The position numbers were made by a program, and so were the translations under genes. A stretch of 32,000 bases of DNA from Candidatus Baldrarchaeota archaeon (GTDB taxonomy: Archaea; Asgardarchaeota; Baldrarchaeia; Baldrarchaeales; DXJG01): assembly GCA_019056805.1 (NCBI GenBank), contig DXJG01000002.1, forward strand, positions 253,103-285,102, in the 5' to 3' direction. This document shows positions 26,900-32,000 of the stretch, in pieces. The notes under the pieces are model-generated. The model was not told where the DNA came from. It saw only the letters and a list, made by a program, of their open reading frames with translations, and did no database searches. Numbering within the stretch: the first letter of the stretch is position 1; the number at the start of each line of letters is the position of its first letter.

Positions 26900-27994
26900 A
26901 TGAATATTGAAGGTTACAAGTTTCTTGAAGAACTTGCAAAGGAAGCATCTACAAAGGGTGTTGTTAAAAGAGAAATATCAACCGAAACTGTTAGAAGCGT
27001 TATTCGAGCATTATATAAGTTAAACATTGCTGATTTCTGGACCATTACATCGTTCTCAAGCGAGTACATAATTGACGTTTTCAAAGTCATACTAACATTA
27101 ATGGAAAGAGGTATTATCGAAAAAACCGATACAGATCTACTTACCTTAACTAAAAAAGGTATCCAAGTAACTCAAAAACTCTTAAAAATAAAGCATAAAG
27201 AGTCATTTACATGTCAGACATGCTTCGGAAAAACTATACTTATCAAAGACATGTTTCTACAAGTTTATAAAAAATTCAATGAAATAGTTTCAAAACGCCC
27301 TAAAGTTAAGTTCGAATTTGACCAAGCACCCATACATCCCAGAGATGCCATTAATAGAGTTGTTTTCATGTACGAAAAAGGCGATTTGGAAGGTAAAGAA
27401 ATTATCTTATTGGGCGACGACGATCTTGTTAGTTTAGCCATGGCGCTTACCAGATTACCTGAAAAAGTCACTATCCTAGATGTAGATGACGATCTTCTAT
27501 CCTTTATTAAAAAGATTTCTAAAGAAGAGAAATTAAATATCGAAGTTATAAAACACGATTTAAGATATCCCATCCCAGAAAATTTATCAGGAACCTTCGA
27601 TGTTTTCTTCACAGATCCACCCGATACACTACTTGGATTAATACTATTTGTTTCACGTGGTGTAGAGTCTCTGAGAAAAGACATTAGAAGTGTCGGATAT
27701 TTCTGCATGACTCATGCAGATGCACCACTGGAACGGTGGAAAAAAGCTTTTGACGCAGTTTTACAAATGGGACTGGTTCCAACCGACATTATTCACAATT
27801 TTAATACCTACATAGACCTTGATGTAAGTACCGAAGACTACATAACTGAAGGAATAACCAAGTTTTTCCCTCCCCCCAAAAAGCCCTGGTATAAAAGTTC
27901 TCTAATCAGAGTCGTAAAAGCAGATGAACTCAAACCTAAAATCGAAGGTGTGATGGAAGGGGAGGAAATATACGACTATCTCTTATTTAAATAA
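26900..27994 (+). CDS. bpsA: Branched-chain polyamine synthase (N4-bis(aminopropyl)spermidine synthase)
   Basis: EFDQAPI, KGDLEGKEIILLGDDDLVSLA, LDVDD, HDLR, FDVFFTDPPDT...FVSRG. Confidence 0.85.
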   Translation: MNIEGYKFLEELAKEASTKGVVKREISTETVRSVIRALYKLNIADFWTITSFSSEYIIDVFKVILTLMERGIIEKTDTDLLTLTKKGIQVTQKLLKIKHKESFTCQTCFGKTILIKDMFLQVYKKFNEIVSKRPKVKFEFDQAPIHPRDAINRVVFMYEKGDLEGKEIILLGDDDLVSLAMALTRLPEKVTILDVDDDLLSFIKKISKEEKLNIEVIKHDLRYPIPENLSGTFDVFFTDPPDTLLGLILFVSRGVESLRKDIRSVGYFCMTHADAPLERWKKAFDAVLQMGLVPTDIIHNFNTYIDLDVSTEDYITEGITKFFPPPKKPWYKSSLIRVVKADELKPKIEGVMEGEEIYDYLLFK

Positions 27995-28020
27995 GAAAAG
28001 TGAAACCTGAATTCTTTCTT

Positions 28021-28497
28021 TTAACTTAAACTCGCAAGGGATTTTAGTTTTTCCAGCTCCCTTCTCATTTCCCTTTTCAATCGTTCAAAATCACTTGTTT
28101 CCTTCATAGGTCCTACCGTTTCTATTGGTGGTTTAGGTCGAGGTGCAACAGGTATTGTAGGTGCAGATGTAGGTAAAGGTCTTGACGCGGTTATCCTTTG
28201 TTCTAAGGCATCTATTTTTGTTTCTAAGGATGTTATTCTCTGTTTAAGGGATTCTATTATTGGAAATTTTTCAACAATCCTTTCTAAATTTCTTAATCTG
28301 TTGTCTAGGTCATTTAATGCAGAGGTTGTCATCTTTATAAATCCTTCAATAATATTTGCTATCTCTTTAATATCCTTAGGACCCTTTTTCCTAAATAGAG
28401 GAATTACTAATCCCTCCAAGGTAATTTTAAATTTTTCACAAGCGGTTTTAATTCTTACACACATACATTTTATTAAGTTAACATGAGATGTGTGCAA
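28021..28497 (-). CDS. Coiled-coil / proline-rich hypothetical protein (true start probably at or downstream of TTG 28419)
   Basis: Heptads LNDLDNRLRNLE and LKQRITSLETKIDALEQRI, a Pro-rich linker, and a C-terminal helix. Confidence 0.7.
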   Translation of the reverse strand: MHTSHVNLIKCMCVRIKTACEKFKITLEGLVIPLFRKKGPKDIKEIANIIEGFIKMTTSALNDLDNRLRNLERIVEKFPIIESLKQRITSLETKIDALEQRITASRPLPTSAPTIPVAPRPKPPIETVGPMKETSDFERLKREMRRELEKLKSLASLS

Positions 28498-28964
28498 CTG
28501 TCTTAAATGTAGTTATAAATCTTACAATTTAAATTTTCCTAACAAATGAACCTACAAAACAATATCGTAACTAGGATTTAAAACCAAAGTTATACTCAGT
28601 TTTTTATAGTTTTTACAGAAGACAAAACATTTGCTGAACGATTTAATGTAAATTGATAACAACAAAATTAGAGATTTAAATATTAACGTGCCGGGTAATT
28701 TTTCTTCTCAGAACTTATCATACTTTGCATACATAGAAAGATACAAGCCCAAGCTATAATCTTCGTTCTTTAGAACGTTTAATATATCAAATCATATTAA
28801 ATTTGAAAGTAACTATTGTCGCATTAACTTAGCTTAACTTATTAAAAAATATAGATTTAAAACTTAATGGTGAATCTATAGTCATTAATGGATGAGGGAG
28901 AGGACGCATAGAGCCTTGTGTGATACTCAATTTAAAATTAGATAGTAAAAATATGGACACGTGA

Positions 28965-29936
28965 GTGATGATTATGAAAATAACATATAACAAGGGAATT
29001 TTCATCGAGAATAACAATTTTAGAATCCTCTTAGATCCTGTAGGTTGTCCTTCAAAAAAACCCGACGTAGTATTAGTATCTCACGCGCATAGCGATCATG
29101 CTAGGGGGATTTGGCAAAAACAATTATTGAGCATACCGAAAATCATGAGCCCAGCAACAAGAAAAATACTTGAAAAGAGAAAAGGAAAAACTCTGAAGAA
29201 TGTTATTGAAATTCAAGAAGAAAATGAAATCGAATATAACAATTTAAGAATTTATGCAGCAAGTTCAGGTCATTGTACAGGTTCTCTTCAATTCAAATTC
29301 ACGATTAAAGACATTGACATAGTATATTCTGGTGACATATGCTTGGAGGAAAGAATTATACTTAATAAAGCGGAACAATTAAGTTGTGATATTCTTATTT
29401 TAGAAGCTACATATGGCAAACCTGAATATGTTTTCCCTAAAAGATCAAACCTTTATAGAAATATTTTAGAGTGGTGTAAAAACAATATTGAGACATTTAA
29501 CAAAGCCTTTGTTGGGTGCCGAACACTAGGTACAGCTCAAGAATTAACAACACTATTATCTCTATCTATTCTTGCCACTCCAATTTTCACTCATCCTGCA
29601 ATTACAAAAATAAATAAGGTTCATGAGGAGTTCCATCATAAATTGGGACACTTTATATCCTATTACAATATTAACGATGTTGAAGGTATTATGCTTGTAC
29701 CTCTAAACAGCATTTTTAAAAAAAGTAAGCTTAATACGGGAGTTGCAACTGGATGGGCCGTTAAATCGAGACGATCAGGATATTTTCCCCTCTCTTCGCA
29801 TGCCGACTTTCAACAACTCTTAAATTACGCTAAAAATAGTGGTGCAGAAAAAATCTATACAATATATGGTTTTTCGAATATACTGGCAAGAGAAATTAGT
29901 GAAAGACTGGGAATAGCTTCTCAAAGTCTCAAATAG
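28965..29936 (+). CDS. beta-CASP metallo-beta-lactamase nuclease (COG1236-like)
   Basis: SHAHSDH, GHCTGS, YSGD, LEATYG, GTAQE, LSSHADF. Confidence 0.88.
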   Translation: MMIMKITYNKGIFIENNNFRILLDPVGCPSKKPDVVLVSHAHSDHARGIWQKQLLSIPKIMSPATRKILEKRKGKTLKNVIEIQEENEIEYNNLRIYAASSGHCTGSLQFKFTIKDIDIVYSGDICLEERIILNKAEQLSCDILILEATYGKPEYVFPKRSNLYRNILEWCKNNIETFNKAFVGCRTLGTAQELTTLLSLSILATPIFTHPAITKINKVHEEFHHKLGHFISYYNINDVEGIMLVPLNSIFKKSKLNTGVATGWAVKSRRSGYFPLSSHADFQQLLNYAKNSGAEKIYTIYGFSNILAREISERLGIASQSLK

Positions 29937-30426
29937 ACTTTTCCAGTAATCTATATGCTTTTTCAACCGCTTCTTTCGGGCTTTCTGCTTCAATAATAGT
30001 TTTATCCCTGATCTTTTTTCCTGAAAGAAGAGTAGCTACTCCTCCAGAAGTTTTAATAGCTATTACTGGTTTTTCTTCAGCAAGAGCTAAGCCTATCTCT
30101 GAAAGTGTTCCAGGGCCTCCTGAAATAGCTATAACAACATCACTAGAATTTACAACAATTAGATTTCTAGCACGGCCTATCCCTGTCGGAATAGCTATAT
30201 CTATATAAGGGTTAGCTTCAGATCTAGATTTACCAGGCAATATTCCAATAGTTATACCTCCATTTTGCTTTGCACCTTTTGCAGCAGCCTCCATCACTCC
30301 TCCCTTGCCTCCACATACCAAAATTCCTCCTCTTTTTGCTATTTCCCTTCCAACTTCTTCCGCTATCTTTCTAATGTCCTCGCTTATTTCTCCATCAGTT
30401 CCAATAACGCCAATAAAATATGGCAT
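29929..30426 (-). CDS. LOG-family protein (TIGR00725-like)
   Basis: CGGKGGVMEAA, IGILPG, ARNLIVVNSSD, GGPGTLSEI. Confidence 0.9.
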   Translation of the reverse strand: MPYFIGVIGTDGEISEDIRKIAEEVGREIAKRGGILVCGGKGGVMEAAAKGAKQNGGITIGILPGKSRSEANPYIDIAIPTGIGRARNLIVVNSSDVVIAISGGPGTLSEIGLALAEEKPVIAIKTSGGVATLLSGKKIRDKTIIEAESPKEAVEKAYRLLEKSI

Positions 30427-30478
30427 TTAATCACCTCAAATTTAAATTTTCAAATACTTCTTTTCCTTAGGTGCTAAT

Positions 30479-30949
30479 ATGACTATCTTTAACGTCAAAA
30501 TGAGATGGAAAGATCTACTAGATTTCTACGAAAAATTGAAAGACGAAATAGAAGATGTTAAAGGTTACGATTACAGTAAAAATATATGGATTAACAATTT
30601 CCAAAATCTAATGAGAGAATCTACAATTTCACTAATCATATTTAAACTTAAAAGCGGAGATTACATTCATATCCAAATATCACCTGATGTAAAACCGCAA
30701 ATAACTTTAACACGAGAAGATATTGATAAGATTTCTCTCTGGAAAGATTTTTTTAAAACAAATTTAAGTTGGGAAGAGTTAAACTTGCTTAGAAAAGCAA
30801 AAGACCAATTACCTCACAAGTTTTCCCTCGAAGAATTAAAAGAAACCCTTAAAATATTAGATATAGAAGAGGAAGAAGAAAAAGCAGCTAAGAAAACACT
30901 ATATAATAAAATAACCAGCATAATTCAAAAAATTAAAAGGGAAATTTAA
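30479..30949 (+). CDS. Hypothetical protein (156 aa)
   Basis: ORF preceded by AGGTG. No motif recognised. Confidence 0.6.
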   Translation: MTIFNVKMRWKDLLDFYEKLKDEIEDVKGYDYSKNIWINNFQNLMRESTISLIIFKLKSGDYIHIQISPDVKPQITLTREDIDKISLWKDFFKTNLSWEELNLLRKAKDQLPHKFSLEELKETLKILDIEEEEEKAAKKTLYNKITSIIQKIKREI

Positions 30950-30971
30950 TTTCAAGCGTCGGTGTATCAAC

Positions 30972-32000
30972 TTGGTTGAAAATTATGATCCAATTAAAGT
31001 TTTAGATGAAAAGAAAGAGTTACTAAAAGAGTTAGAAAAAATAATCGGGCAAACCAACATTAAAAAAGTTAAAGAGGATTCACATTCATATAGAATTCCC
31101 AGACCATGTGGAATAACCGTTCATCCAGGTATTGGATGTCCAAATAAATGTCTTTACTGTTATCTGGTTGATTTCGGGCCTAATTTTCAAACACCAAAAC
31201 CTTACAAATTAAATGGACTTGAAGTTTCTCTTTCTCTACTTTACAACAAATGGTTTGTACCAGGTAAAATGGGGACATTCATAGCTATAGGCAGTGTTTG
31301 CGAACCTTTTCACCCAATTTGCTATGCAAAAACTATCGATTACCTTAAGTCTTTTGCTAAGTACCTAAAAAACCCTATGCAATTTTCAACAAAAGCCTTT
31401 TTAAACGCCGAGCAAGTTAATGAAATTTCTGAAGCTGTTAATAATCAACCTCTTAGTCCTCTCGTTACTATAATAACAATAAAAAACGCCAAAAAACTAG
31501 AACCAAACGTTCCATCACCAGTCAAAAGATTTGAAACCATTTCAAATTTAAGAGATGCTGGTTTCAAACCTATTCTCTTTTTAAGACCAATCATTCCTGG
31601 AATTACTGACAAAGAGTTTGAACAAATTTTCGAAAAAGCATCAAATGCTGGAGCAATAGGCGTCGTTATCGGCACTTTTAGAATTTCCAGAAAAATATTG
31701 GAAAGACTTAAACAAGCTCACATAAATTTGCGTCCCATAAAAGAAAGAGCAATAAAAATTGAAGAGAAACAAATATATTTAAAAGGCAGAGATCTAAAAG
31801 AAACTGCTTTTAAATTAGCTAAAGAATTCAAACTTATACCCTTTAATTCAGCTTGTTGTGCCAATGCTTTCAACGCTTCAGTTCCATGTACAAATGTTTG
31901 CTGGGCGACTAAATTTTGTACAAGTTGTCCCAATAACTGTAAACATCAAGAAATACGCCTTTCAATTGAAAAAATCGATCATATAATTAAAAGAATTCTA
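30972..32000 (+). CDS. Radical SAM protein, SplB/photolyase-like family (3'-truncated; absent from ORF track)
   Basis: TTG start, frame open to the window end. GCPNKCLYC (CxxxCxxC), GSVCEPF, KLEPNVPSPVKR, FLRPIIPGITD, Cys-rich tail SACCANA...CTNVCW...CTSCPNNC. Confidence 0.88.
   Translation, partial: MVENYDPIKVLDEKKELLKELEKIIGQTNIKKVKEDSHSYRIPRPCGITVHPGIGCPNKCLYCYLVDFGPNFQTPKPYKLNGLEVSLSLLYNKWFVPGKMGTFIAIGSVCEPFHPICYAKTIDYLKSFAKYLKNPMQFSTKAFLNAEQVNEISEAVNNQPLSPLVTIITIKNAKKLEPNVPSPVKRFETISNLRDAGFKPILFLRPIIPGITDKEFEQIFEKASNAGAIGVVIGTFRISRKILERLKQAHINLRPIKERAIKIEEKQIYLKGRDLKETAFKLAKEFKLIPFNSACCANAFNASVPCTNVCWATKFCTSCPNNCKHQEIRLSIEKIDHIIKRIL

Noticed and set aside
28865-28945. Purine-rich intergenic stretch with TGA motifs resembling a third C/D sRNA
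   Set aside because: Box spacing is inconsistent, there is no terminal stem, and I recognised no rRNA/tRNA complement.
846-31933. The many 60-200 aa ORFs antisense to or overlapping recognised genes (e.g. 3498-3905, 8263-8838, 14911-15522, 27265-27708, 31445-31933)
   Set aside because: Each lies opposite a well-supported gene and has no motif of its own.
1-32000. CRISPR arrays, IS elements, rRNA genes
   Set aside because: No regularly spaced repeats, terminal inverted repeats with transposase, or long GC-rich rRNA-like segments were seen.

Overview
AT-rich archaeal chromosomal window, very probably from a thermophilic Asgard archaeon. The Asgard call rests on an eL22-like ribosomal protein, a membrane RING-type protein and an MglA-like small GTPase; the thermophile call rests on bpsA. 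Most genes are housekeeping: ileS (5'-partial), two tandem proteasome alpha genes, a RimK-type ligase, a RecJ/DHH nuclease, 5-FTHF cyclo-ligase, radA, a HerA-like ATPase, RNase Z, Nudix, TatD, two radical SAM proteins, an M20 peptidase, bpsA, a beta-CASP nuclease and a LOG-family protein. There are also several orphans. The most notable items are not in the ORF track. (1) A tRNA-Tyr(GUA) gene split by three introns (30/31, 37/38, 43/44), whose middle intron carries an antisense element to its own exons. (2) Two intergenic box C/D sRNAs with guides matching conserved LSU rRNA sites: A-loop U2552 and A2577 for one, H69 C1920 for the other. (3) A 306-bp exactly identical tract shared by the otherwise diverged psmA paralogues. 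(4) An approximately 8-TM protein with a C-terminal RING, an architecture like Hrd1-type E3 ligases. (5) A strand-composition flip near the tRNA that could mark a replication origin. No CRISPR array, transposase or integrase was seen. All calls are by eye from motifs; no database searches were run.
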